Origin: Octopus vulgaris
Taxonomy: Eukaryota
Direction of reading: 5' to 3'
DNA: 64,000 nt
Assembly: GCA_951406725.2 (NCBI GenBank)
Contig: OX597823.1
Coordinates: forward strand, 110,236,001-110,300,000
Below, in pieces: positions 13,655 to 29,349 of this stretch (its first letter is position 1; every line of letters starts with the position of its first letter). The notes under the pieces are model-generated. The model saw only the letters and a list, made by a program, of their open reading frames with translations. It made no database searches and was not told the origin of the DNA. Made by a program: the position numbers and the translations under genes.

Positions 13655-14030
13655 CTAGCAGTATCGCCCGGCGTTGCTCAGGTTTGTAAGGGAAATAACT
13701 ATAAAGCATTTTTAGAGAGTTATAGCCAAAAAATAGCAAAAAAATGGAAAAAAAATGATGGTAATTTTTTATTTTTAGTTAAAAAAGGTGGAGTTGCGTC
13801 CCCTAGACAGTTTGTGTTTCTGAGTCTGGACCCCATGTCGAATTTATCGATTCTTTTCAGAACTGGGGGAACTTTTCAAAATTTTCGCTGCTTTAGTTTT
13901 GAATTATGACATTGGGCTATGTGTGTGTCAAGTTTCATCAGAATCGGTTGAAAGCCGTGGTCAGAGTGAGGGTACAAGCAAACAGACACACAGACACACG
14001 CACAGACAAACTGCCGTTTATATATAGAGA
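13655..14030 (-). mobile_element. Complete non-autonomous Helitron
   Basis: Minus strand: 5' TC start (TCTCTATATATAAACGGCAG) preceded by A. 3' GC-rich hairpin CCTGAGCAACGCCGGG, then GATACTG-CTAG followed by T. No TSD, as expected for Helitrons. Confidence 0.8.
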
Positions 14031-14640
14031 TATATATGCATATATCTCCGTGTGTATCTTTGTGCTTTTACTTATTCGCGATTACAACTTGTTTGGTTAC
14101 GTCCCCGTAATATAATCGTTCGGCAAAAAGTACGCTGAAAGAACTACCCGGCTTTATAAAAATAAGTATTGGGGACATTTCGCTGGGCTAAACCTTTCCA
14201 GATGCTACCCTAGGATGGCCGCAGTCTAATGGCTAAATCGGTGAAAAGATAAATTGCGCCCGTGTGTGTGTGTGAGTGCATGCGTGTGTGTATATGTGCG
14301 TGCGCGTATGTATGTGTGTGTGTACAATAAATGAATATAATCAGATATGAAAACAAATCAACAAAAAAAGGAGGAAATAAAACATACACTTCCTCAGTTC
14401 TACATAAAATACGAAACTGCTTCAGCAAGAAATGTACAGAAACAAGGTGAATGCCATACGTAAACTACGTAAACTGGTGTGTTGGATTACGGTGGAATCT
14501 ACCAGTCAGTAGTGACCGATTCTACTGGATTAGCAGAACTATGAAGCAGATGAATTGTTACATTGCCAAATGCCAGTCATATCTGATGAGCTAGATTTAC
14601 TGATATTTTTTAAGAACAAAGATATCTGTAATTCCCAACG

Positions 14641-14687
<47 letters not shown>

Positions 14688-15496
14688 CATACATATATAT
14701 ATATACATACATACATATATATATATATCTGTATGTGTCTATATAAACACCTACATATATACATACATACATATATATATATATGCTTATATATATATAC
14801 ATTTACACATATACATACATAAATATATATGCACATGTATAATCAAATCAATAGGAATATCAAGACAACTGAGCTGTATCTCTCACTAAAGCAGGTGATT
14901 TCGAAAGCTCTGGATTAGACCGTAGGTATTTGGGGTTTTTGGCTGTTATATTCTACATCCTTCTGTATATATGTATATATGTGTATATGAATATATATAT
15001 ATATATATGAGTGTATATGTATGCATGTAAGTATATATAAATATGTGTGTGTGTGTGTATATATATATTCCATCTTTTTTTATTTCATCTTCATCATCAC
15101 CCTCAGTGGCAGCAGCAGCAGAAGCAGCAGGTGTGGTCGCTTAGTGAACATCATCATCAGAAATAAAACCTACATGTGTTAATAACTGGAGTGATGGGCA
15201 ATGATGAACAATAAGAGGATAACGGTGATCGACAGCGTTGACTTATAAGATGTGAATACCAGGACGAATATGAGTACGGTGATGATTTTCATGAAGGGCA
15301 TACTCTCAACGCATTTCTATATATTAATAACAATATTGTATCTACAACGACGCTAATGCTTATGGTGATGGTAATGGCGGTGAAGATGATGATGATTATC
15401 AAACTGATCAGCATTGTTATTATTATTTACATCAATGCTATTGTTATCATTCCCTTCTTGTTGTGTATATATGTAATACACACCTGCCTATATGTA

Positions 15497-15535
<39 letters not shown>

Positions 15536-15544
<9 letters not shown>

Positions 15545-15664
15545 CACAGATATAGATATATAGATAGATATATATGAAAAAAAAATTATCCAGCATATAT
15601 ATATATATATTGATAATTTTTTTCATATATTTCTATCTATATATCTATATCTGTGTGAATATAT
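15536..15664. repeat. Fold-back palindrome (~53-bp arms) around a short (TA)n loop
   Basis: ATATTCACACAGATATAG..GAAAAAAAAATTATC is followed by its reverse complement GATAATTTTTTTCAT..CTATATCTGTGTGAATAT. Confidence 0.9.
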
Positions 15665-15780
15665 GTGTGTATATATACATATACATACACACACACATAT
15701 ATATATACATACATACACATAAATATACCTGTAAAACACACATATATTAATGTGTGCGAATGTGTATGTATGTATGCATG

Positions 15781-15848
<68 letters not shown>

Positions 15849-15852
15849 CATG

Positions 15853-15899
<47 letters not shown>

Positions 15900-16489
15900 G
15901 TATGTATGTATGTATGTATGTATCAGAGCAGCTATTATTGGGGATAATTCCTTTCTATCTATCCAGTTTGATCTGTATTCATATTGCTTCATATTGCTTT
16001 TGTTGCTTTCTTTTAGGAAAGTGAGGTAGGTTTAGGTGTAAGCAGGTGGATATTTTCGCTGTGCAAAATACAATGTAGGAGAATACAAACAAAATTTATT
16101 AATAAGGCAAAAAAAAAAGAATGCACAAAAATAAAGGACGAAATTCTCCTGTTCCAACCTCCTCACTGATCCAGCATTTCAGCCTCCATATTATCCTGAA
16201 TGTAATCTTCAGCTCCCACCAGCTCTCTCTCTCTCCGCTCCACCAATGCTACATCTACCATCGCTATCACAATGTCCAAAACGATGTGATTACGAAGTGT
16301 ATCAGGTACTTTGGCTAAAGTTGATTATAGTAGAAGGTCTAGGTCTTACTTTGAAGTTAAGAGTGTTTGCTACATGACACGGCAACTTAATAAACATACA
16401 ACATATTAATGTTTGTTCTTGTTGGTGTTGTTAGTGTTGCTGCTGTTCTTCATGGCGAATTTTTTTTTTCTTTGGTTTTATTTTGTTGT

Positions 16490-16832
16490 TGCTGATGATG
16501 ATGACGATGATGATGACGATGACAACGACGATGACGATGACGATGATGCCAGCAGTGAATGCATTGTAGTTATTAGTTTTGTTTGTGCTCTGCTTTTTAT
16601 TGATTTGATTGTTGTTATTGGCAGCTCATCTTCTTTATTATGTTTGTTGTTTTTTTTACTATATTTTATTTGCTCCTGTTATTTAGTTTTCTAATATTTC
16701 AGTTATTAATGTTGTTGTCATTGCTGTTATTGTTTTCGCTTTCGTTGTTTTGCAGTTCTTTATTGTTTTTTCTTTTGCTATTGTCATTTTTTATTATCAT
16801 GTTGTGTCTTCTTTCAGTTGCTGTTGCTATTA

Positions 16833-16917
<85 letters not shown>

Positions 16918-16925
16918 CATTATTA

Positions 16926-16995
<70 letters not shown>

Positions 16996-17277
16996 CATCA
17001 CTGTGATTATCGTTGCTGTTGTTGTTGCTGCTGCTGCTACTCTTGTTAGTACACTTCTTTCAAATGGTGGAGGGACAGGGTGGGTACTGTGTCATATGGC
17101 CTCAATATGTCATTGGTTAAGAAACTTCATCTCTGTACTTACTGTTTGAGTTCACATCCTACCGATATGTATAGAAATATGTGCCTGTGAATAATAGTAG
17201 GAGTAAGGGTACTTCTACTGCTGCAGCTGCTACTCCTCCTTCTCCTCCTCCTCCTCCTCCTCCTCCTCCTCCTCCTC

Positions 17278-17324
<47 letters not shown>

Positions 17325-17402
17325 ACTACTACTACTACTACTACTACTACTGCTGCTGCTGCTACTGCTGCTGCTGCTACTACTACTACTACTACTACTA
17401 CT

Positions 17403-17443
<41 letters not shown>

Positions 17444-17520
17444 TAATAATAATAATAATTATAATAATTATAAGCATTATTATTATTATTATTATTATTA
17501 TTATCATTATCATCATCATT
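16490..17520. repeat. Compound trinucleotide microsatellite field (GAT/GAC, ATT, CCT, ACT, GCT, AAT)
   Basis: Seen directly; source of the poly-D/I/Y/S/T/N ORFs. Confidence 0.92.
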
Positions 17521-18117
17521 TTTATACAGATGGCGCCGCCGACTAATCCAGTTACTATAACAGTGATGATGATGCTCATGACCTGACAATATTGTTGATG
17601 CAGAAGTTAGTTGCGGTGGTGATTATGATGATGATGATGATGTTGATGACACACTTAAGAGATGTGTGTTATAAATGACATCTTATTTTCTACTCTTTAT
17701 TGTAATAAAATTTCCTGAGACCAATTTCCCTGGATTTTGGATGCTACCGAGGTCCGAACGTACATACTATTCGTATTCCCTCTTATGTCCCAAACAGAGC
17801 ATATATAATTTTTTGTCAATGTAAATACGAACACATATTTGATTATTGCTATAAAATACTTTGCGGCATTTTGTCCGTCGACAAAATGACATTAAGCATT
17901 GTATTGCAGTTTTTAGATTCTGATAACTTCGTCTTTGGCTTCATCCTTTCAAGGTCGATAAAATAAGTACCAGTCAAGTATTGAGATTGATGAAATTTGC
18001 TTACACTTCGCCTTAAAAATTGCTGGACCCATGCCAACAATCTGAAAGAATTATTATGAGCAAACACACATACACTCTACAAATATACACAGACAGCAAA
18101 CAGTCACCCAATCACTC

Positions 18118-18208
<91 letters not shown>

Positions 18209-18213
18209 CAGAC

Positions 18214-18269
<56 letters not shown>

Positions 18270-18370
18270 ACAGACAGATAGATAGGTAGAGATAGAGAGA
18301 GGGTGGGACAGAGAGAGAACTATATAGACAGACAGACTGACTGATAAATAGATAGATAGATAGATTGATG
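18118..18370. repeat. (GATA)n/(GACA)n microsatellite
   Basis: Seen directly. Similar tracts lie at ~8617-8686, 28020-28203 and 52210-52393. Confidence 0.95.
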
Positions 18371-18795
18371 CATACATACATACATACATAATACATACAT
18401 AAACATATATATGTGCACGTACGTGTTTGAAAATGCTGTTCATAATGCCTAATAACTTATGCATCGTCCTATACATCCGTTTTTATGTTTTCATACGACC
18501 ACACGTTCTTACGCACAAATACACTGGCAGATACACGCATATAAACATCTGCTTAGAGACATGTTGCTCGAAATATATGTAAATATATCATCCATCTCAA
18601 CTCATCTCGGAGTTCTTCTTATATGTGTATGTGTGTGTGTGTTTACACACACACTACACACACACACACACACATATACTGCATGAAGATTATATATATA
18701 CATATATATATTACATTTAAACATATATGTGCATATATATATATATATATGTGTGTATGTATATATATATATATATATATATATCAGTGTGTATG

Positions 18796-18826
<31 letters not shown>

Positions 18827-20062
18827 GTATATATATATATATACATATACATATATACATATATATTTATAGTCATTTTTATACACATATCTTTTAATGT
18901 ACTACTTGAGAAACTGATACATATGCATAGTCACAGACATTCTTGTATACATAGGTATGTATTGAAAGAGACACTTAGATACATATACACATGTGAATAC
19001 ACACATGCAAGACATTTTGATGACTTAAGTAGCCTCATTTCATACTTCCGCTTAATTTTATTCACATGCACATATTTATGAAGACTAAGAAAATAAAAAG
19101 AAAAGTTTCCTAAAATTTCCTAATTCGTTGAAATGAACGTTGTAAAAAATTAGACAAAAATAGAAAAAAAAATTGAAAATACATTAATAGCAAAAAAAAT
19201 AAATAAAAAGGATGAATAAATATGTTAGAATAAAACAATGAAATACCACGATTTAAGCATGAATGAAAGAAAGTAAAATGAAGAAATTAATGATTGAAAG
19301 GTATATGAAAGAGTCGCTATTGGGGAAAAAGAATATTTGATTGGGTTAAGTGGAGGACGTGGCAGTGATTTGATGTAGTAAACCTGAAGAATTCTATATA
19401 ACTGCACAATTACGTTATGTTTGTATGCCACTTCATAAAAAGAATCAGAAGAGATCAAAACGAGTTTTAATTGCTTGAGAATCTTAGAGAGTAATGGTAA
19501 CAGATTAATATCTAAATCATATTTGTTTTTCATGCGAAATCAGAGAATACTAAATTTATCCGTAATAGGCAGCATTTTACAAGGAATTTCATGAGCTAAA
19601 TGAAAGTTTCGTGGGCAACTTCTACCACAGATTGTCAAAACTCCGGTTTTTATATATTGAAAATTATATAGAAACATTGTATTCACATTTAAATAAATTT
19701 AAAGTATTCATGTTCTTATAAAATCGTTTCATATTTTAAAAATAACTTTAAAATAAGTTTTATTTAATCTTTTTATTCAGTAGATTGAAATGAAAAGAAA
19801 CGTTTAGTGAAATAAATATTTAAATCGTATAAGGTTGAGCATTTAGTGCGTACAATTCCATGTGACAACTTCGTATGAACATATACGGTCATAAAACATA
19901 TTTTAGGTATTGCTTAAAATTTAAAACATAGCCTCAATATATTTTATGTCAAAATAATCCATAAGGAAACAAGAAGAGTTTATAAAATTCTTTTACATGA
20001 TTTTCTGTTTGAAATTAGACTCAGAAATAAAAGGTAGTGTTGTTACTATTAGTATTACCATC

Positions 20063-20359
20063 TGTGAACTTTAGGCTCAACATTAGCTTCTTCGAGAAAA
20101 GATGGTCCTAATAGATCCTTTTCCTAATTTTCTTTACTTCAAAATATAAGAAAGAGTTTTTAATTTCTGTTAAATTCCTTTGCAGTAAATAAATACGCAT
20201 TCATTTTTGTGAACTTTAGGCTCAACATTTGCTTCTTCGAGAAAAGATGGTCCCAATAAATAATTTTCCTAATTTTCTTTACTTCAAAATATAAGAAGCA
20301 GTTTTTAATTTCTGTTAAATAATTCTCTTTGCCGTAAATAAATACGTATTCAATTTTGT
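20063..20359. repeat. Tandem duplication, two ~145-150 bp units
   Basis: TGTGAACTTTAGGCTCAACATT..GAGAAAAGATGGTCC..AAATAAATACG starts at 20063 and again at 20208; the copies are slightly diverged. Confidence 0.92.
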
Positions 20360-22685
20360 ATCAGATGTATAGTAACGAACTGCTAAATTCTGTATTCTTC
20401 GCTCTTTATTTTTATTAAAAATACATGTTTTCATTTTGTAGACAATGAAATTTCCAATTTTTCTTATGTAACTCCAAAAAGTGATTGCACTAAAGGCAAT
20501 TTTAGCATGAAAGCATTGCCATACTCCGCTGAAGAATATAAAAAAAACGGCCTTTGTATTTTCTGTTAATTCCCTTCGTCACTGACAGATTAAGAAATTA
20601 CAACAATGCCGCTGATATTGTTTCTCTACATCGTCACTCCACAGCATAGCATAACATACCCCAAGAGTGAAAACGTAAATAAGTTTTACAGAACTGATAT
20701 AAACAACAACAAACTCAGAATTTATTTTATAATAGTGAGCTTGAGATAGTGAACAGATAAAGAAATAGGCTATCACTGAGCTCTGACAAGTTTGTTCAGC
20801 TGAAAGAATATTTACATCATAGACATCCATACCATCAGCAACTTTAAATTTGTTATTGAGCTGATCGGAGACGAAGTTAGAAGAAGAAACCCGGTGGACT
20901 TAAGCAGGAATTGTACTTGCATACAAGGGAGATACATCGAGTTTAGCAAACTTTTGAATTTCAGATTCAAAAGAATTTTCTTTCTTATGGTACTTATTGC
21001 AATTTGAGCTAAATTTCAATAGAATTCTGAACTCGAGAAGACACTACAAGCATAATGCATTTCGTTGTGATAGAAAAGATTAAAGGAATATATGTATCAA
21101 CAAATCAAAACTCGTGGGTGCAATGGATGAGGGTGCTGAAATGAATGCAGGTATTAGTCACAAACTATTAGTCTATGCAGATGTATTTTAGTGTTTATGA
21201 TACTATCGATTGCCGGTCGGTTTTCGTTACTTCTATAACAAATCCAATTTGGAAGTAAAAATTAGTGTTTTCTTTTCCCAAGGAAAAAACCAAATGATCG
21301 ACCAGATTTAACAATAAGATTGTTTCATCAAAAGCTGAACAGCTTCTTCACGTTTTCCTTAACTATGAAACATGGGCATATGTGCGAAAAAGGACCAGAA
21401 AAAACTAATACTACATGCTCATATCCTTGTAATCTTTGCATAAGCTAAAACCCTGATAATCAGCTGAAATCGACTGGTTTGTTTGAGATGAAATTCCATA
21501 GCAAGGAAGGAATCATTTACTGTTGTATGTAGTTAAACAAATCATGGTTCATGGGCTTACTGAATTTATCAATCACTTTTCTTCCAGTGAAGGAAAATAT
21601 CGTAAATGAAAAAGTATCTCGGAAACAATTTTCGCAACCGTTATCCCTAAAATTTGCGATCCATTTTGCAGATACAGTTCTTAAAAATATGCTACTATTC
21701 CATATATTTTCCAAATCTGCAAACATACAATCCACACTGCTTATTAAGTATGATGGGTATGAATGAAGAATTAATGGTGAAATTGTGGACAGAAGTGAAC
21801 TAAATGAACAAGCATCTGTTGCACTTATTGTTGTTGCTCCAATGCTGAATAACATTATGTACTTAAACCTTGTTTGTTGTAAATATTTCAACTCTGGCAA
21901 TATGGGAATATCCAAAACTGGAAATGAGAGTGTGAGTGATTGGATGGCCTGGATACTCGTTAGTCAAAGTTTTATTTCGTAGAATGTTGTTTAATCATAA
22001 ACCAAGAAACATTACTTTTGTCAATTACAGAACAGGAATTATCGGTTTAACAACTGTACCTGCCTCTCTAAAAGACGCCAAAGGAATGCGACTTCTGAAA
22101 AGGTAGTTTATCAGGCGTTTGCAATAAGTTTTATATATATATCAGACCATGTCATGTCATTGTAGGTCTCAGGAACAGTCACTCCACTACGTGAAGTGAA
22201 CACAAGAAGTATCATGATAAACTATAAAGATGACAAACCACATTCACAACGAAGTACTTTGAGAAGTTTCAGTAGATACGGAGGGTTAAAAATTTTATTC
22301 TGTAGTCTGACTTTACAGCAAACAGATGGACAGCACAACAAAAAAATATTAAGAGGAATTGTATACGACACTGATATGCTAAATATGTATACTCACACTC
22401 TCCCCCACATATATATACAAATAAATATATACATATATATATATTTCTACGTATGTATAAATGTGTATATATATATATATATATATATAACTTGTGGTTG
22501 ATTTCAGTGTTGCTTCGTAAGCAGCATTTGTGTTAACGCGTGGAGAATAAGTTATGTATTTCCTCAGCTTCTTATCACATATCCAACTTCCCAAAGATAC
22601 TAAAACAATAATTCATCCTGAATTCTCTTTTTTACCTTTTTAATCTTTCAATTCATTTATTTATGCTTTCGCCAATACCCCCTAT

Positions 22686-22865
<180 letters not shown>

Positions 22866-23252
22866 CTTGTATGATCTGTTGATTTTTTATAATTTTCTTT
22901 GTATATTTTCCGTTCCATTTTTTATATATTTCTTCTTTCCTTATTCTGCAGCCTTTCGTTAGCATTTATGGGAATATATTCGTTTATTTTATTTCCTTTT
23001 TTATTTATTTATCCTTTTTCTGCTATTAAGATACTGTTAAGCATTACTGTTATTCCCTTCTGTTATATTTCTTCGTGATTGTTGTTGTTGTTGTTGTAGG
23101 GGCTCATAGTTGCAGTAGGTTTAATAATGCTCTTGGTGCTGGTTTAGTTGTAGTGGTGGCATTGGGGTGGTACTGTCATCTTTCAGCTATATTTCTATAT
23201 ATACTCATGGTTATATGTCTTATTCTCGCATAAGAATATTTTCATATATATA

Positions 23253-23315
<63 letters not shown>

Positions 23316-23859
23316 GCGAGGTAGTAGACAAACGAAAGAAAGGCACTCAAGACACTTATTAGTAGTTGCATGTATAGATCAAACTGTTTGATTCAGATTC
23401 CTTGGTACTCTGAGTTTCAAGCGAGTGGCTGTTCTTCAGTTATTGGCTTCTGAATGAGAGTTCGATTGAAGAGGTACATACACACATCCGCACGCACGAC
23501 CCGCACACACGAAGGCACACATACACACGCACACACATGCGCGCACATATATACACGCACACACACGTACGTACGTGCACACCTTTATCTCCATGTACAT
23601 ATGCATACACACACACACACACGCACACATGCACACGCGCACATGCACACGCGCGCAAACACAAATGTGCACATGTAAATACATGACAATCACCGGTACA
23701 TATACATAATGGCGCGCCCACGCTCACACATATAATGCGTACATTAAGAAGAGGCATATGTGTACACGTGCGCACATATACTCGCGTGGTCATGCAAAAG
23801 GCGCCAGTGGCTTGAAACTTATGAGAAGGGTGTTCCTCTGCTAACGACAATACTATACC

Positions 23860-24400
23860 TCATATTCTTATAATGAATATACAACTTTTCGCGGAGGCAC
23901 AACTGGCAATTCGGGACGCTGGGTGAATATGGCTGTGCCCTATCGATAATAGTTTACCTGATTCTTGGGGTTTTTGTCTTTAGAGAAAGCGCAATATGGA
24001 AGCGAGGTTTTCTCTGTGGGAATATCTTCCCTTGAAATCATTTGCCGTCATGCTCGCATAGTGCCTAGTAATGCCATCGGATGTTGTAAGGGTGGCTCTC
24101 TATACTATAGCCCCTCAGAGGCAGGATCCTCCTATAGGGTAGGTGGTAGGGTTTCAACAGTTGCAGGTTGGGGTTGGGGATTGTGTGGGTGTATTTTTAC
24201 GTCTATTGATGCACGCGGTGTTGTCTAGGCAGGACTAGCTTACCTTGACATTATGGGGGTTGTTGGTTTTGTAATACAGTCTCTTGGGAAATATTTTATT
24301 AACGACAGGAGGCCTCTGGCTACGTTGGTAGAACCTTATAGGTTAAATGGGTGTTAACCAGAAAATATTCCTTTTACTAAATCTCTTGGGGTGAGGAGAG
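23860..24400 (-). mobile_element. Penelope-like element, 3' part (linker plus GIY-YIG endonuclease), decayed
   Basis: Minus strand gives KRNIFW..NVARGLLSLIKYFP..NVKVS*SC, then GGSCL..YRATLTTSDG..HYASMTANDFKGRY and RAQPYSPSVPNCQLCLREKLYI. Confidence 0.8.
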
Positions 24401-24439
24401 GGGTATCGGAGTTCGCCTACATCCGTGAGTTCCTAAAAA

Positions 24440-25320
24440 ATCCGCTCCTTACCAAAGCATCATTGTAGAGAGGGTAGTCCTAATTAAACTGTTCTACCAC
24501 TACATCTGCTGATAAATTTGGCTTTACATCCCGAAAGTACCCCCACTCACGTATCAAAGACCTTGAGGACTTCGAGACTGACTTACGGAACTTTGAGAAG
24601 AAGGTAAGGTTTCGGAATTATACTAACCCTTTCCTTAAATCCTTAAATGACTATATGACCAGTAATAAACAATGTCCCAATTTACACATCTTCGTAGACA
24701 AAAGAGAAAATATTTATGAAACAAGCATTTCTACACATTCATGACTCCTCACAAACGCTATCACCAAATCATACATAAAATCCAGTAATTCCAGATACAG
24801 CAACATACACACCAACGCATAGGAGGTAGCTACCCGCTTTAAGATAGGCAATCGTGGGGAAACGCTTCACCACGCACCCCCTTCTTATTACAATTAAAAG
24901 GCATAAGCCTAATTTCCATTCCAACCCCAAATGCAAGTTCATCAATCCCTTCAAAAGTGAGATATGTATTATTATCAAGCGTATTCGCAATACTATCAAC
25001 TCAGATATCAGAAGGGCTACAAGGATGACCAAAAGGAACTCCAGTACAGCTGTGAGGGACTGGTTCCGTGGTATCGAGGAAAGATCAGTCTGCGAATTCA
25101 CCCAGTTTCACATTGTTGACTTCTACCCTTTCATATCTAAGCCCCCTCCACCTGAAGGCTCTTGCTTTTGCTGGACAGTTTACCAGCATTAGTGATATCA
25201 GAATCATCATGAATACCAGAAAGTCAATTCTAGTCCATGATGACTCCTTCTGAGTGAAGAAAGAAGATGATTCATTGTTTGATGTCTCTATAGGGAAATT
25301 TGATGGGGCTGAAATCTATT
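24440..25320 (+). mobile_element. Penelope-like element, RT N-terminal part, inverted relative to the 3' part
   Basis: ORF 24854-25192 ITIKRHKPNFHSNPKCKFINPFKSE..QFHIVDFYPFIS, followed by IIMNTRKSIL..LFDVSIGKFDGAEI. These are PLE RT motifs. Confidence 0.88.
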
Positions 25321-25527
25321 TAGAGACCGAGAAGTAATCTTGCGGAACAGACCTTCGTTTAATGAGATCCACCTTGTAATTACCTAAAGAGACACATCTA
25401 CACCGGCAGATACTCTTAATCTAGTTGTTCAACGCCCTACTCGTGAGAGACCGATGCTACACGGGTTTAAACGATTGTAGCGATCAATAAGTATCCTCGT
25501 ATCTTCCATCTGTGTCTTTCTCATTAA

Positions 25528-25580
<53 letters not shown>

Positions 25581-25584
<4 letters not shown>

Positions 25585-26439
25585 GATGTAGGTACGTACA
25601 TATATGTATGTATATATGCATGTTTTATTCATTAATTTGTTATTATATGACGGAACGCACGCATCCATTTCTAAGTAAGTTTTATCTTAATATTAATAAT
25701 GATGCGCACTCTTAACCTTTCTCTCCGTCTCACTCTCAATCTTCATTCTTTCTGGTTTTCTCTACAACCATTCCCTTTTTTTCTCCCCCTTTCTCTTACT
25801 CCTCCTCCTCCCTCCCGTCGTTGACCCGCGACGAGGCTACTACTGTCTTTCTGACCTGGCTTCCTTCAAGTGTGGACGACTTTCCTGTCTCTCTCTTGCC
25901 ATCCTCAAACAGCGTTCAAAATATTTTTTCTTTCGTTCTGGCTTAACAGCTCTCCATGTTTGTGTTACTGTTATTCCCCTTGTCCAGTCTTTTACTGTTT
26001 GTATTTTGTACTGTCTTTACTGTCCTGTTTTTATTACCATTTTTACCACTCCGCAAAAAAATCTCAAATTTTATTTAATTTGCTTTTTGCCGGAACGGCT
26101 GTTTTTGCCGGAAGTCGTGTCTCGCCTTTACCTTCGAAACACGGTGTAGATGAAACAGAGGCGGCTGAAGAAGGGGAATTTTCCTTGTGTTGTATGTCTT
26201 GTACTCTATTTTTTCGTTGTTTAAGAAAAATGCCCATTTCCTTGGTTTTGTGTTTATGTTTTCGTTTCTCATTGTGTTCGACGTTTTTTTGGTGCTATGT
26301 ACCCATATATGCATGTATATATACATGTAAATGTAGGTACGTACATATATGTATGTATATATGCATATGTTTTATTTATTAATTTGTTATTATGTGACGG
26401 AACGCACGCATCCATTTCTAAGTAAGTTTTATCTTAATA
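25581..26439. mobile_element. Non-coding repeat element bounded by ~112-bp direct repeats
   Basis: TGTAG(A)TGTAGGTACGTACAT..GACGGAACGCACGCATCCATTTCTAAGTAAGTTTTATCTTAATAT at 25581-25693 and 26326-26439. The body is homologous to the reverse-oriented copy at ~41710-42240. Confidence 0.75.
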
Positions 26440-26642
26440 TATATATGTATGTATGTATATATGTATAAGTGTGTGTGTATGTATATATTTGTATGTGTAA
26501 AATAACATAGATGTACTTGCATAGCAAGTGACCTGATCTGAGATCGTGTGTTGGAACGAAAACAATTGCAGCGTGGAGGTGTTTATAAGCCATTTAAGAA
26601 ACACACAAAAACCGTTAGATTCACTTCAACATTTAAATTCAA

Positions 26643-26693
26643 TTTGTCAAAATATTTTCGTCGCTTTGAGACCGCGACCTCTTCACTGACAAA
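26643..26693 (-). ncRNA. Degenerate type I hammerhead ribozyme-like motif (PLE-associated)
   Basis: Minus strand: TTTGTCA-GTGAAGA-G-GTCGC-loop-GCGAC-GAAA-ATATTT-TGACAAA. Stems I and II pair; the core C3 appears mutated to G. Confidence 0.5.
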
Positions 26694-27029
26694 ACTCCGT
26701 GCTGCACGGTACTTCATTTTCTATTGCTCTTGACTACATAGGTGAAATGACGTTACATGTGTCGTGATTACTTTATTTTCAAGAGGTAAATGGTATGCTG
26801 TGTTTTTACCACAATTCATGCTTCGTACAGTTTCTTATTTCAAGCAACTGTATAAGATAAGCAAACGTTTTGGGTTTATTTAATAATTTCATTCACCGAT
26901 CCATTGTCAATTAGCTTTTATTGGTCGACTTTGGGATGTTAAGTGTTTGAATTTGAGGAGAAATTTATCACTACTATCCTATTGGATATGCAGAATATAT
27001 GTTGTAGTTACTAATGTTATCATGCTGCA

Positions 27030-28560
<1,531 letters not shown>

Positions 28561-28960
28561 GGCATATATATACATACATACATACATACATACATACATA
28601 CATACATACATACATACATACATACACACACATGCAACAGGAACACGCACACAAACACATACACACATATATTTAGAGCCACATACACTTCCTACATGTT
28701 CAATGCACGCACATGCACACGCACTCACACACACACACATATGCATACCTACATACATTCATATTTATGTCGTATAGAAATCTATCCAGAATTATTTGAC
28801 TATAGGTTTGTGCGCGCCTGTTTATATATGTCTCTGTGAATGAGTGTGTGTGTATATGTATGTACGTATGTATGTATTTAACCATATACACAGAGAAATC
28901 GAAAGAGACTGGCTTATGTATTGCATCAGATTTTTTCCCTTTCGAGCGGAATTTGTCTAG

Positions 28961-29023
<63 letters not shown>

Positions 29024-29349
29024 TTTTTTTTTTTTTTTTTTTTAGTAAAATGTTATCTTCATGACTTTTATTATACAAACTCATAATTTATATTAAATAT
29101 AGAATTATCTCTGGACGCCTGTAGCGACATTAACACTATCAACACTCTGAAACAAAAACAAACAAAAGAAAGAATATATTCATTTAATATTGAACTCTAT
29201 AGAAAAGTATTTATAAATTGTACTTTAATATAGTAAAGAAATCATAGACATTTTCCCCGTTATGTTTATTATTTGGTATTGCTATTGATGTGAAGCTTTT
29301 ATTCCGTTATTTATGACTTTTTTTCCTTTTTTTAAGCAAACTGAAACTT

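Noticed and set aside
21517-21915. Intact LRR gene or coding exon (similarly ORFs 27152-27544, 56191-56610, 19225-19533)
   Set aside because: Conserved LRR/TIR positions are eroded and homology continues past in-frame stops and frameshifts with no convincing splice sites. These are pseudogene fragments.
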